This document shows, one piece after another, positions 28,461 through 38,477 of a DNA stretch of 64,000 nucleotides (the first letter of the stretch is position 1; the number at the start of each line of letters is the position of its first letter). The notes beneath the pieces are model-generated. The model was not told where the DNA came from and did no database searches. It worked only from the letters and a program-made list of their open reading frames with translations. A program made the position numbers and the translations under genes. Source of the stretch: Dehalococcoidia bacterium (GTDB taxonomy: Bacteria; Chloroflexota; Dehalococcoidia; DSTF01; JACRBR01); contig JBGQBE010000003.1 in NCBI GenBank assembly GCA_041494685.1, positions 1-64,000 of the forward strand. Direction: 5' to 3'.

Positions 28461-29789
28461 ATGCGTCAACATGAAGGCGCCGGCGAAGGGCGCCTTGTTG
28501 CTATCGACATCCTGCGCGGGATCGCGATCGTCTGGGTCGTGCTGTTCCACCTGTGGGGCGACCTGGAGTTCTTCCCGGGCGCGCCGCGGGAGTACTACGA
28601 GCAGCTGACCTGGCAGGTGCGGCAGGGCGAGGGTCCGTGGCGCATCTGCACGGCGTTCACGGACCTGCTGTTCCGTGACGGCTTCCAGGGCGTGCCGCTG
28701 TTCATGATGATCAGCGGCATCTCGCTGACCGTGGCGGCGTATCGCGGCGGCGGCGCCGTGCGCTGGCCGCGCTTCTTCGCCGCGCGCTTCCGCAAGCTGC
28801 TGGCGCCGTACTGGGCGGGGGTGGCACTGACGTACGCCGTCATGGCCGCGATCGCGTGGCGGCAGGTGTCGGTCGGCGGCGGCAGCTTCGGCGATCACTT
28901 CACCGACGGCGTCACGATCTCGGTGCACAGCGCCATCCATGTCGATAGCGGCGTCGCATTCGCGAGCATCGCGCTGCTGCCACGGCTATGGCGCGCCGAG
29001 TGGTTCTTCGCGCCGCAGCTGGCGCTGTGGTTCGTGGGGCTGCTGGCCCAGTACTACCTGCTCTTCCCGGCGCTGTTCTTCGCGATGCGGCGCATCGGCG
29101 TGCTGCCGTTCGTGGTGGCGACGTTCGGGATGACGGTGGCGGCGAACTGGTGGATCGTGGACCAGTACGGCGCGCCGGAGTTCAAGTTCGCGATGGTGAC
29201 GGGTTGGGCGCCGTTCCGGCTGTTCGAATTCACGTCGGGGATGGCGATCGGCTGGCTGCTGGCGTCGCCGGAGCGGCACCGCGCGCTGGCGATCGCGCGC
29301 AATCCGCTGGTGATCGCGGCGGTGCTGATCGCCGGCTTCGCCGCGCACACCACGGGCGACCTGCTGATCGGGCGCTGGAGCGTGCGCTACTGGCAGTCGA
29401 TGGCGCTGCCGCTCTCGACGCTGGGGCTGGGTCTGCTGGTGCTGCCGCTGCTGGTGAAGCCGCCGAGCCGCGTGGACGTGACGATGCCGGTGCGCGCGCT
29501 CGCGTCGCTCGGCGTGATGTCGTACGCGCTGCTGATCGTCAGCGACGCGATGCGGCTCGTCGCGAGCCAGGTGCGGCTGGAGGGTGCGTCCGACGCCGTG
29601 TGGTGGACGTTCCTCGTGGGGGTGTACGTGCCGGTCAGCGTGCTGATCGCGTGGCCGATGGCGCAGCTGCTGGGGCTGATGCCGAAGCGCCCGCCACGCG
29701 AGGCCGTGCCGGCGCAGTACCGCCGCGCCGAGCCGGTGGCGCCGCTGGCGCTCGCGTTCGAGCCGGTGGAAGCGGAAGCTACAGCGTAG
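28461..29789 (+). CDS. acyltransferase-3 family membrane O-acyltransferase
   Basis: IDILRGIAIVWVVLFH, GVPLFMMISG, LWFV..LAQYYLLFP, LGVMSY. Confidence 0.88.
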   Translation: MRQHEGAGEGRLVAIDILRGIAIVWVVLFHLWGDLEFFPGAPREYYEQLTWQVRQGEGPWRICTAFTDLLFRDGFQGVPLFMMISGISLTVAAYRGGGAVRWPRFFAARFRKLLAPYWAGVALTYAVMAAIAWRQVSVGGGSFGDHFTDGVTISVHSAIHVDSGVAFASIALLPRLWRAEWFFAPQLALWFVGLLAQYYLLFPALFFAMRRIGVLPFVVATFGMTVAANWWIVDQYGAPEFKFAMVTGWAPFRLFEFTSGMAIGWLLASPERHRALAIARNPLVIAAVLIAGFAAHTTGDLLIGRWSVRYWQSMALPLSTLGLGLLVLPLLVKPPSRVDVTMPVRALASLGVMSYALLIVSDAMRLVASQVRLEGASDAVWWTFLVGVYVPVSVLIAWPMAQLLGLMPKRPPREAVPAQYRRAEPVAPLALAFEPVEAEATA

Positions 29790-30699
29790 GGGCGAGCACC
29801 GCCAAGGCCTGTGCGACGAGATCGGGCGCGAGCGCGTCGAGCCAGGTGATGCGCGGGTCGTCGTCGCGGAACCACGTGTGCTGCATGCGCGCGAGGCGGT
29901 GCGTCTCCGTCTTGATGCGCGCGGCCGCTTCGACGAGCGTGCATTCGCCGCGCAGGTGCTCGCAGATCTGGCGATAGCCGATGCCGGACATCGCCGGCAG
30001 ATCGCAGCCGTAGCCCCCGGCGTTCAGCCGCCGCACCTCGTCCACCAGCCCGGCCGCGAGCATGGCGTCGACGCGCGCATCGATGCGGGCATAGAGCGCG
30101 GCGCGCTCCATGCGCAGGCCGATGACCCTGGCGTCGAACGCGGGTTCGTCGCGCTGCCTCCACTCGCTGAAGGGCCGGCCGGTCGCGCGAGTGACCTCGA
30201 TGGCGCGGATGACGCGGCGGACGTTCGCGGCGTCGATCGTGTCCGCGCTGGCGGGGTCGATGCGCCGCAGCTCCGCGGCGACGGCGGTCGCGCCTTCGCG
30301 CGCGGCGAGTGCCTCGAGTTCGGTGCGGAGGGCGGCATCGGGCGGCACGCGCGGCACCCGCCAGCCCTCGAGCAGCGCCCAGACGTACTGGCCCGTGCCG
30401 CCGGCGACGATTGGCAGGCGGCCACGGCTCCAGACGTCGTCGAGCGCGGCGCGGGCGAGGTCGAGGAACGAAGCGAGCGTGAACGTCTCGTCCGGAGCGA
30501 TGGCGTCGATCAGCCAGTGGCGCGCGCGCGCCTGCTCGGCCGCAGTCGGTTTGGCGGTGCCGATATCCATGCCGCGATACACCTGGCGCGAATCTGCGCT
30601 GATGACTTCGCCGCCGAGCTGCCCGGCGAGCGCGACCGCGAGGGCGGTCTTGCCGGTCGCAGTTGCGCCGGCGATGGCGATGAGGCGGGGACGCGTCAC
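29779..30699 (-). CDS. miaA: tRNA dimethylallyltransferase
   Basis: GATATGKT, ADSRQVYRGMDIGTAKP, GGTGQY, IGYRQ. Confidence 0.97.
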   Translation of the reverse strand: MTRPRLIAIAGATATGKTALAVALAGQLGGEVISADSRQVYRGMDIGTAKPTAAEQARARHWLIDAIAPDETFTLASFLDLARAALDDVWSRGRLPIVAGGTGQYVWALLEGWRVPRVPPDAALRTELEALAAREGATAVAAELRRIDPASADTIDAANVRRVIRAIEVTRATGRPFSEWRQRDEPAFDARVIGLRMERAALYARIDARVDAMLAAGLVDEVRRLNAGGYGCDLPAMSGIGYRQICEHLRGECTLVEAAARIKTETHRLARMQHTWFRDDDPRITWLDALAPDLVAQALAVLAPTL

Positions 30700-31463
30700 G
30701 CGCGCGCCGCGGCGGCCGCGGCCGTGGCGTCGATGATACCGGCGAAGCTATCGGCCTTCAGCGACGCGCCGCCGACGAGGCCGCCGTCGACGTCAGGCTG
30801 CGACATATATTCCGCCATGTTGTCCGGCGTCACGGAGCCGCCGTAGAGGATGCGGACGCGGCCGGCGACCTCGCCTGCGACTTCGCGCACGGTGCGGCGG
30901 ATCAGGGCGATCGCCTCTTCGGCGGTGGCGCCGTCGGCGGCGAGGCCGGTGCCGATGGCCCAGACGGGCTCGTACGCGACGACGAAGTCCGCGCTCAGGT
31001 CGACGCCGTCGAGGCCGCCGCGCGTCTGGCGCATGAGCACTTCGGCTGTCTGGCTGGCCTGGCGCTGGTCCAGCGTCTCGCCGACGCACATGATCGGCTT
31101 GAGTCCGTGGGCGAGCGCCGACCTGACGCGGCGGTTCACGGTCTCGTCGGTCTCGCCGAAATACTGGCGCCGCTCGCTGTGGCCGATGATGACGTATTCG
31201 GCGGCCTCGGCGATCTGGGTGACGCTGACCTCGCCGGTGAACGCGCCCTTCTCTTCCCAGTAGACGTTCTGCGCGCCGACCTGGATCGACGAGCCATCGA
31301 CCGCGGCGCGGACGTCGTGCAGGTAGGGGAACGGCGGGCAGATGATCTTCTGGACGCCGGAGACCGCGTCGGAGCGCTCCCGGATCGCGCGTGCGAGCGC
31401 GATGGCGTCGGCGCGCAGGGTGTTCATCTTCCAGTTGCCGGCGACGATCGGTGTGCGCAACAT
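30696..31463 (-). CDS. tpiA: triosephosphate isomerase
   Basis: AGNWKMN, GHSERR, AYEPVWAIGTG, YGGSV, LVGGASL. Confidence 0.98.
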   Translation of the reverse strand: MLRTPIVAGNWKMNTLRADAIALARAIRERSDAVSGVQKIICPPFPYLHDVRAAVDGSSIQVGAQNVYWEEKGAFTGEVSVTQIAEAAEYVIIGHSERRQYFGETDETVNRRVRSALAHGLKPIMCVGETLDQRQASQTAEVLMRQTRGGLDGVDLSADFVVAYEPVWAIGTGLAADGATAEEAIALIRRTVREVAGEVAGRVRILYGGSVTPDNMAEYMSQPDVDGGLVGGASLKADSFAGIIDATAAAAAARA

Positions 31464-31478
31464 AGCTACCTGTTCTGG

Positions 31479-31922
31479 TTACTCACCCGCCAGCCGGTAG
31501 TTCAACTCCCAAAGAGCTGATCTGTTCGAGTCCCAGTGCAGGATATCGTAGGCTTCGTTGTATGGAAGCCAGCGGTACTCGACGTGTTCCGTCGAGATCG
31601 TGAGTTCAGACGTGTCTGCCCTGACGCCGAACGTGTGTTCCGGGACCACGAGGACGCTTGGCCCCCACTTGAACCCCATGTGTACGACGGGGATCGTACT
31701 AACAGAAGCGAGCGGCAAGAACTCGGAATCCATGCGGATGCCCGCTTCCTCATAGGTTTCGCGACGCGCTGCCTCCAGCGGCGTCTCGGCGTCCTCCCCG
31801 CCTCCCGCGATCGCCTGCCAGAACCCACCGTCGGTGTCCAAGCGGCGAAATAACGCATAGAGGAGTCCGTCCGCGGTCAGGCGATAGGGGATGACCAAGA
31901 CCTGGAACGGCGCCCTGGACAC
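31479..31922 (-). CDS. NUDIX pyrophosphatase (NudB-like)
   Basis: FWQAIAGGGE...AARRETYEEAGI, EHVEYRW. Confidence 0.9.
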   Translation of the reverse strand: MSRAPFQVLVIPYRLTADGLLYALFRRLDTDGGFWQAIAGGGEDAETPLEAARRETYEEAGIRMDSEFLPLASVSTIPVVHMGFKWGPSVLVVPEHTFGVRADTSELTISTEHVEYRWLPYNEAYDILHWDSNRSALWELNYRLAGE

Positions 31923-31955
31923 AGCGGCAGTCCTTCTCCTACGAACGTGAGATGA

Positions 31956-33158
31956 TCAGGCTCCGTATTTTGTGAGGCGCCCCGCGTGCGCCATCGCCAG
32001 CGAGAGGACTTCCTTCGCGGGGAAGGTGCCCAGGATGCCGCGCGCGCAGGCCTTCTCGTTGAAGCCCTCTGTGACGTCGGCGCGCGCGAATTGCTTCGCG
32101 TGGAGCATGAACGGTACGGGGTGCCACGAGTGCCCCGCGACGACGGCGGGCGTGGAGTGGTCGCCGGCGATCATGAGTACGTCGGCCTGGAGCGCGTGCA
32201 GTTCCTCGGCGTAGGTGTCGATCTCCTCGAGCGCGGCGATCTTCGCCTGAAAGTCGCCGTCCTCTCCGGCGGCGTCGGCGCGCTTGAAGTGGATGAAGAA
32301 GAAGTCGTAGTCGTCCCAGTGCTGCTTCAGCGTCGCGACCTCGTCCGCGAAGGTGGAGCCGGTCTGCAGCACGTCCATGCCGACGAGCTTCGCCAGTCCG
32401 CGGTACATGGGGTAGGCGGCGATGGCGGCGGCGCGGAACTTGCAGATCTCGGCGATTGAGGGCATCGGCGGGTGCTTGGCGAGGCCGCGCAGCGTCAGCA
32501 TGTTCGCGGGCGCGTACGGATGCAGGACCTTCGCGGCCTGCGCGATCCAGTCGTTGAGCAGCTTTGCGGTCGTCTCGGCTTCGGGCGCGGTGGCGCGTAC
32601 AGGCAGCGGCGCCTGGCCTTCGCGCTGCGGGTCCGTCTCGGTAAGGCGGTCGGAGAGGCCCTCGCCGCGCAGCACCAGCAGGAAGCGGTGGTCGCGCACC
32701 GGCTCGACGAACACCTGCACACCGGGCAGCTGGATGCGCGCCAGCTCCTCGCAGAGCGGAGCGGTGCGCTCGGTCGCGATGCGGCCGGCACGGCGGTCGG
32801 TGATGCGGCCGTCGATATCGACGGTGCAGAAGTTGCCGCGCGCGGCGACGTCGGTCGAGCGGAGATCGAAGTCGATGCCCAGCGCTTCCAGCACACCGCG
32901 GCCGACGGTGTACTGCTCGGGGTCGTAGCCGAAGAGGCCGAGGTGACCGGGGCCAGAGCCGGGCGTGACGCCGAGTGCGACGGGCACCGTGAGGCCGCAC
33001 ATGCTGTCCTGCGCCAGGCGGTCCAGGTGGCCGATGTCCGCCTGCTCCAGCTCGGAGCGGCCGCTGTCGTTCGGGAGGCCTCCCAGGCCGTCGATCACGA
33101 GCAGCAGGATCTTCGTGTTGTGGGTGATGGAGAGTTCGCGCAAGAGTTCAAGATTCAC
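31956..33158 (-). CDS. apgM: 2,3-bisphosphoglycerate-independent phosphoglycerate mutase (archaeal type)
   Basis: IDGLGG, TPGSGPGHLGLFGYDP, ARGNF, DRRAGRI, GDHSTP. Confidence 0.92.
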   Translation of the reverse strand: MNLELLRELSITHNTKILLLVIDGLGGLPNDSGRSELEQADIGHLDRLAQDSMCGLTVPVALGVTPGSGPGHLGLFGYDPEQYTVGRGVLEALGIDFDLRSTDVAARGNFCTVDIDGRITDRRAGRIATERTAPLCEELARIQLPGVQVFVEPVRDHRFLLVLRGEGLSDRLTETDPQREGQAPLPVRATAPEAETTAKLLNDWIAQAAKVLHPYAPANMLTLRGLAKHPPMPSIAEICKFRAAAIAAYPMYRGLAKLVGMDVLQTGSTFADEVATLKQHWDDYDFFFIHFKRADAAGEDGDFQAKIAALEEIDTYAEELHALQADVLMIAGDHSTPAVVAGHSWHPVPFMLHAKQFARADVTEGFNEKACARGILGTFPAKEVLSLAMAHAGRLTKYGA

Positions 33159-33244
33159 GGGCGTGAGTGTATCGCCGGGGGCGGGCTCGGGCTAGCGCGA
33201 GTGGTCTCCCGTTGACGCGGCGCACGCTGTATGCTGCACGGCAC

Positions 33245-34084
33245 ATGGACTTTGTGAAGCTGCAGGGCACAGGAAACGACTTCGTCGTCGTCGACGCGCG
33301 GACGCTGGACCGCGAATGGAGCCGGCTGGCGGAGGCGATCTGCAACCGGCACTTCGGCGTGGGCGGCGACGGCTTGATCCTGGCCGCGCCGTCGTCGCGA
33401 GCGGACGTACGGATGCGGATCTTCAACGCGGACGGTTCCGAAGCGGAGATGTCCGGCAACGGCATGCGGTGCCTGGTGAAGTTCGCGGTGGATAACGGGC
33501 TCGTCAAGCCGAAGGACGACGAGTTCGACGTGGAGACCGGCGCCGGCGTGTTGCGAGTGCACATCACGACGGAGCGCGGCCGGGTGTTCCGCGTGCGCCA
33601 GAGCATGGGGCCGCCCCGGCTCGACCCGCGCGAGATTCCCGTTACCATCGATGCACCGCCGCCGGTGATGAACGCCGAGGTGCAGGTGGGCGGGCGTACG
33701 ATCGTCTTCACGCCGGTCTCAATGGGAAATCCGCACGCGGTGCATTTCCAGGATCTGCCGGTCGCGGATTTCCCGCTGCACACGGTCGGCCCGTTGATAG
33801 AGCAGCACCAGTTGTTCCCGAAGCGCACGAACTTCGAGGTCGTGCGGATGCTCGGCCGGGATCGCGCGGAGATGCGCGTGTGGGAGCGCGGCGTCGGCGA
33901 GACCCTGTCTTGCGGCTCGGGCGCTTCGGCGACGATGGTGGCGGCGCGGCTGCTGGGTCTGGTGGACGACAGGATGGAGCTGATGGTACCGGGCGGCGTG
34001 CTGCAGCTGGAGTGGAACGGCGAAGGAGACGTGATCCTCACCGGGAACGTGGAGGAAGTCTTCCGCGGGAGCTGGCCCGAATAG
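33245..34084 (+). CDS. dapF: diaminopimelate epimerase (first catalytic Cys replaced by Ser)
   Basis: GTGNDF, FGVGGDG, NADGSEAEMSGNG, SMGNPH, WERGVGETLSCGSG. Confidence 0.9.
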   Translation: MDFVKLQGTGNDFVVVDARTLDREWSRLAEAICNRHFGVGGDGLILAAPSSRADVRMRIFNADGSEAEMSGNGMRCLVKFAVDNGLVKPKDDEFDVETGAGVLRVHITTERGRVFRVRQSMGPPRLDPREIPVTIDAPPPVMNAEVQVGGRTIVFTPVSMGNPHAVHFQDLPVADFPLHTVGPLIEQHQLFPKRTNFEVVRMLGRDRAEMRVWERGVGETLSCGSGASATMVAARLLGLVDDRMELMVPGGVLQLEWNGEGDVILTGNVEEVFRGSWPE

Positions 34085-34990
34085 ATGCCGCAAGAACGAC
34101 CGCGACGCCTGCTTGTCCCCGCCGCGAGCCTGTACGACGAGATCACGCGGCAGCCGCTGAGCGCGGCGTGGAGCCGTGCGGAGTGCGACGCCGTCGAGCG
34201 CGAGCACCGGGAGCTGATCATCCGGCACGAGGGCAACGTGCTGGCAGCGGTGCAGCGCGACCCGGCGGGGCTGGCGTACGCGTTCCGCGGCAACAGCGAC
34301 TTCATCGACTACTTCCCCGGCATGTTCGAACAGCTGCTGAAGCGCGTGCGGCGCGAGCTGGGCGCGGACACGATCCGCTTCCGGCTGGAGTACAACCCGG
34401 CGCGCCCGGTCGTCGAGCCGGTGCTGAAGAATCTCTACTTCGCGGCCGGCAAGCCGTGGCTCGGCTTCACGCTGGCGAAGAAGACGCCGCTGCCGAAGCT
34501 CGCGCCGGTCGCCGGCGTGAAGTTCCGCGCCGGCGACATGCGTGACGTTGACGCGCTGGTGCGCATCGACCGCGCGGCGTTCCCGGACACGCCGTTGCCG
34601 ATTGCGGCGCTGCGCGAGCGTATCGCGGCGGGTGAGCGGGTGCTGCTGGCGACGGTGAAGGACGAGGCCGTCGGCTGCGCGCTGTACTCGCAGTCGCCGG
34701 GCGAGGGCGGCTACCTCTGGATCGTGGCGGTGCTGCCGGAGCATCACGGGCGCGGCATCGGCGCGGCGCTGACGGTGCGCGCGGCGAAGGCGATGTTCGC
34801 GGCGGGTGCGGATGCCGTGCGGCTGAAGACGGACGACGACAACAGCGCGGCGATCCGGCTGTACATGCGGTTGGGCTTCCGCCAGACGACGGCGGGCTGC
34901 GACTACTCCCGGCCGACGGACCCGCGCGCCATCACGCGCATCAAGAAGCTGCGCGAGGGCACGCTCGTGCGCTTCGGCGGCTGGCGCTAG
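34085..34990 (+). CDS. GNAT family N-acetyltransferase with extra N-terminal domain
   Basis: VAVLPEHHGRGIG, NSAAIRLYMRLGF. Confidence 0.85.
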   Translation: MPQERPRRLLVPAASLYDEITRQPLSAAWSRAECDAVEREHRELIIRHEGNVLAAVQRDPAGLAYAFRGNSDFIDYFPGMFEQLLKRVRRELGADTIRFRLEYNPARPVVEPVLKNLYFAAGKPWLGFTLAKKTPLPKLAPVAGVKFRAGDMRDVDALVRIDRAAFPDTPLPIAALRERIAAGERVLLATVKDEAVGCALYSQSPGEGGYLWIVAVLPEHHGRGIGAALTVRAAKAMFAAGADAVRLKTDDDNSAAIRLYMRLGFRQTTAGCDYSRPTDPRAITRIKKLREGTLVRFGGWR

Positions 34991-35000
34991 GCGGCGCGCT

Positions 35001-35534
35001 GTGAGCGTCAGCGAGATCTTCGGCGTCCACGCCCCCTTCTTCGCAATCATCTACCGCACCGCGATCGTGTACGGCGTGATCGTCATCGGCCTGCGGGTAA
35101 CGGGCAACCGCCAACTCGGGCAAATGACGCCGTTCGACCTCGTATTGATCCTGCTGATCGCCAACGCCGTGCAGAACGCGATGGTCGGGACGGACGTCTC
35201 GATTTTCGGCGGTCTGGCCGCCGCGGTGACGCTGCTGGCGCTGAACCGGCTGACGGCACTGGTGACGGACCGTCTGCCGATCTTCCGGCGCGCACTGGAA
35301 GGTCAGCCGATCCTGCTGATCAACAACGGCGCGCTGATCGAGGAGCATGTACGCCGCGCGGGCCTGACCGACGAGCTTGTGCTGCAGTCGATCCGGGAGC
35401 ACGGCTTCGAAAACGAGACGCAGGTGCACCTGGCGGTGCTGGAGATCGACGGCACGATCAGCATCGTGCCGTCAGGCACGGGCACGGTGCGGACGCGGCA
35501 CCGTGTGCGGGCCGTGCGGCCGGGAGGGAACTAG
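35001..35534 (+). CDS. DUF421/YetF membrane protein
   Basis: GNRQLGQMTPFD, AVLEIDGTISI. Confidence 0.9.
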   Translation: MSVSEIFGVHAPFFAIIYRTAIVYGVIVIGLRVTGNRQLGQMTPFDLVLILLIANAVQNAMVGTDVSIFGGLAAAVTLLALNRLTALVTDRLPIFRRALEGQPILLINNGALIEEHVRRAGLTDELVLQSIREHGFENETQVHLAVLEIDGTISIVPSGTGTVRTRHRVRAVRPGGN

Positions 35535-35535
35535 C

Positions 35536-37866
35536 GTGCCGGAAGCCGTATCGTCCGGGCTGGGCCGCAACGGGCCGTGGCTGCAGAACCAGTGGCTGCG
35601 CGTCGAGACGCGCCAGGACGACGCGTCGATCTCGCCGGTGGCGCTGATGGGCGCGTTCCGGCCGACGGAGCGCGCGCTGGCGTATGTCGCGCCCGTGGAC
35701 GGAGCCGCACTGCACTTCGAGCGCGCCGACTACGACATCCAGCCGCACGAGGACGCGCTGGGCCGCGGGCGGCGGCTGACGCTGCTGAGCTCTCTGCCGC
35801 GGCGAGGCGTGCGCCTGCAGCGCGAGATCGTGCTGTACGACGCGCAACCATTCTGCGTGACGCGCGTCGGCATCACCAACGATCGGCGCGAGCCGCTGGC
35901 GATCGCGTCGCTGCACGCGTTCAGCACGCCGGACGAAGGGCGCGGCCGCTTGCAGATGGCGTCGAAGCCGGAGATGTGGCGCATCTATCGGCACGGCTGG
36001 CAGTCGTGGTCGCCGACGATGTCGCTGGGGGGCGCGCAGCACGACGTGCGGAGCCGCCGGCCGGAGCTGTCACCCGAAGAGCCGCAGCAGGAAGCCGGGC
36101 GCTTCGCCTGCGATGACATCGGCGTGCTGTACGACCCGGCATCGGGCGCGTCGCTGCTGGCGGGCGTGGTGACGGCGCGCGACTTCATCTCGCAGGTGTT
36201 CGTGGACGCGCCGGGGAGGCGCATCGACGCGCGCTGCCTTGCGGACGGCGTGCCGCTCGCGCCGGGCGAGACGCTGTGGTCGGAGCGCTTCGCCATCGAC
36301 GCGACGGGCGCGCCGAACGCGCAACTGGAACGCTACGGCGACGCGCTGGCGCGTTGCATGGGTGCGTGCGTGCCGGCGAAGACGCCGGCCGGCTGGTGCT
36401 CCTGGTACTACTTCTTCACGAACGTCACGGAGGACGATGTCGTCCGGAACCTGCGTTTCCTGGAGCAGCACCGGCGCGAGATGCCGATCGACACGGTACA
36501 GATCGACGACGGCTACCAGGCGGACATCGGCGACTGGCTCACGGCGAACGAGAAGTTCCCGCACGGCATGGCGTGGCTGGCGAGCGAGATCACGCGGGCG
36601 GGCTACACGCCGGGGCTGTGGCTGGCGCCATTCCTGATCTCGGACCGGTCGAAGACGTTCGCGGAGCACCCGGAGTTCGTGGTGCGCGGCGATGACGGAG
36701 AACCGGTGGTGGCGACGAACAACTGGCTGCGCCGCAACTACGGGCTCGATGGCTCGCATCCCCGTGCGCAGGCATGGCTCAAGGAGCTGTTCCGGGAGGT
36801 GTGCGACGGCTGGGGCTACGAGTACGTGAAGATCGATTTCCTGTACGGCGCGGCGGTCGCCGGGCGGCGCCACGATCCCGCGTCGACGCGGGTGCGAGCG
36901 TACCGCGACGCGCTGGCGGCGGTGCGGGCGGGCGTCGGCGAACGCTTCATCCTGGGCTGCGGCTCGCTGATGGCGCCGTCCGTCGGCGTATTCGACGGCA
37001 ACCGCATCGGGCTGGACGTGGCGCCGTTCTGGCGCAACCTGACGACGGCGGAGCGGGCAGAGCCGCGTCCGCGGTCCCGCACGCCGGACGATAGCCTGAG
37101 CGCAGAGGGAGCGATCCGCAACACGCTGGCGCGGTCGTGGATGCACGGGCGGCTGTGGGCGAACGACCCGGACTGTCTGTTGGTGCGCACGGACCTGACG
37201 AAGCTGACGCTCGACGAGGTTCGCACGCTGGCGGCCGTCATCGGCCTGTCGGGCGGGATGATGCTGTCGAGCGACGACCTGGAGCGCGTGCCGCCGAAGC
37301 GGATCGAGCTCGTCTCCATGCTGCTGCCGGTGCTGCCGCACGCGGCGACGCCCGTGGACCTCATGGAGCGGGACATGCCGGAGCGGTACGAGTATGCGGA
37401 AGGCGAGCGGCGCGTCGTGGGGCTGTTCAACTTCGATGACGACGCGAAGGACCTGGTGCTGCCGCTGCCGGAGGGACGCTGGCACGTCTTCGAACTATGG
37501 GAGGAGCGCTACCGCGGCGTCGCGGAGGCGGCGGTGGAGTTCGCGCTGACGGCGCCGCACGCGAGCCGGGTCGTGGCGCTGCGGCGGGACACGGGCGTCC
37601 CGTGCGTGGTAGGGACGACCGCGCACATCGGCATCGGCATACTCGACATAACGGATGAGGTCTATGATGCGGCGGCGGGGACGCTGCGCGTGAGCCTGGC
37701 GCCCGTGGGCCGCCGCGCGCGGGGCGTCTACGTCGCGACGGGCGGCCTGGCGCCGCGGGGCGCGACGCTCGATGGGCGCGCGGTGGATGTGCGAGCGGAC
37801 GACGGTGTATGCAGCGTCGACGTGGAGGTCGACGCACCGTCAGAGCTGGCGATCAGGTTCGGATAG
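35536..37866 (+). CDS. alpha-galactosidase (GH36)
   Basis: GWCSWY, QIDDGYQ, PGLWLAPF, YVKIDF, NDPDCL. Confidence 0.9.
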   Translation: MPEAVSSGLGRNGPWLQNQWLRVETRQDDASISPVALMGAFRPTERALAYVAPVDGAALHFERADYDIQPHEDALGRGRRLTLLSSLPRRGVRLQREIVLYDAQPFCVTRVGITNDRREPLAIASLHAFSTPDEGRGRLQMASKPEMWRIYRHGWQSWSPTMSLGGAQHDVRSRRPELSPEEPQQEAGRFACDDIGVLYDPASGASLLAGVVTARDFISQVFVDAPGRRIDARCLADGVPLAPGETLWSERFAIDATGAPNAQLERYGDALARCMGACVPAKTPAGWCSWYYFFTNVTEDDVVRNLRFLEQHRREMPIDTVQIDDGYQADIGDWLTANEKFPHGMAWLASEITRAGYTPGLWLAPFLISDRSKTFAEHPEFVVRGDDGEPVVATNNWLRRNYGLDGSHPRAQAWLKELFREVCDGWGYEYVKIDFLYGAAVAGRRHDPASTRVRAYRDALAAVRAGVGERFILGCGSLMAPSVGVFDGNRIGLDVAPFWRNLTTAERAEPRPRSRTPDDSLSAEGAIRNTLARSWMHGRLWANDPDCLLVRTDLTKLTLDEVRTLAAVIGLSGGMMLSSDDLERVPPKRIELVSMLLPVLPHAATPVDLMERDMPERYEYAEGERRVVGLFNFDDDAKDLVLPLPEGRWHVFELWEERYRGVAEAAVEFALTAPHASRVVALRRDTGVPCVVGTTAHIGIGILDITDEVYDAAAGTLRVSLAPVGRRARGVYVATGGLAPRGATLDGRAVDVRADDGVCSVDVEVDAPSELAIRFG

Positions 37867-37922
37867 GGCGCAACACTTGTAGCGTTCTTGCGGCGAACAA
37901 CGCGCGCGAACGGGCGGCGCGG

Positions 37923-37951
37923 TTGACATCTTGATCGCCGTTTCGTAGAGT
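37923..37951 (+). promoter_or_regulatory. sigma70-type promoter TTGACA-N17-TAGAGT
   Basis: Consensus -35, 17-bp spacer and -10 directly upstream of the riboswitch. Confidence 0.8.
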
Positions 37952-37957
37952 GCCAGC

Positions 37958-38095
37958 ACAACTGAATAGAGCCTAACTCGCGTAGCGCGAGGCGGGGGAA
38001 CCACCAAGTTCCCGGGGTGAATCGCACCGAAAGGTGCGTAGGCGAACTCCTTTGAGCCGAACCCGTCAGCTAACCCCGCAGGCATAAAGAGGAGA
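37958..38095 (+). ncRNA. cyclic di-AMP (ydaO/yuaA) riboswitch
   Basis: Conserved blocks GCGGGGGAACCA, GGGGTGAATC, GAAA-capped hairpin and CCGAACCCGTCAGCTAACCCCGCAGGC. Confidence 0.9.
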
Positions 38096-38104
38096 GGGTG
38101 AGAC

Positions 38105-38137
38105 CGGCTGAAGGTGCGCCTTCAGTCGTTTTGTTTT
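38105..38137 (+). terminator. intrinsic terminator (riboswitch expression platform)
   Basis: CGGCTGAAGG-tgcg-CCTTCAGTCG followed by TTTTGTTTT. Confidence 0.85.
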
Positions 38138-38168
38138 CCCCTCGCGGGCCCGATTCCGGAGGTACAGC

Positions 38169-38450
38169 GTGGCGATTGACCACGGCAGGAAGACGGACAG
38201 GATCACGGACGAGCAGTTGCAAGCTATCGAAGAGACGATGCGGATCATCATCGAAGAAGACGAGGCGCGGGGGGTGGACCCGGCGGCCGCCTTCGACTGT
38301 GCGCGCTGCCGGCGCGCGCGGCCGCTCGTCGGGTCGGTGGACTACGCCGGCGTGCGCATGTGCAACGCCTGCGCTACGCGGTTCGAGCTGGCGCGGCTCG
38401 ATGGCCGCGTGAAGACCGGTGCGCAGTACGCGGGCCGCGCGCCGCACTAA
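38169..38450 (+). CDS. small CxxC...CxxC (putative zinc-binding) protein
   Basis: GTG start after GGAGGT; CARC-x17-CNAC; 93 aa. Confidence 0.8.
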   Translation: MAIDHGRKTDRITDEQLQAIEETMRIIIEEDEARGVDPAAAFDCARCRRARPLVGSVDYAGVRMCNACATRFELARLDGRVKTGAQYAGRAPH

Positions 38451-38477
38451 TCAAGTCAGCAGCCTCCTCCTCCAACG

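Noticed and set aside
33212..33235. TTGACG as the -35 for dapF
   Set aside because: Only 12 bp from the TATGCT -10, so the spacing is incompatible
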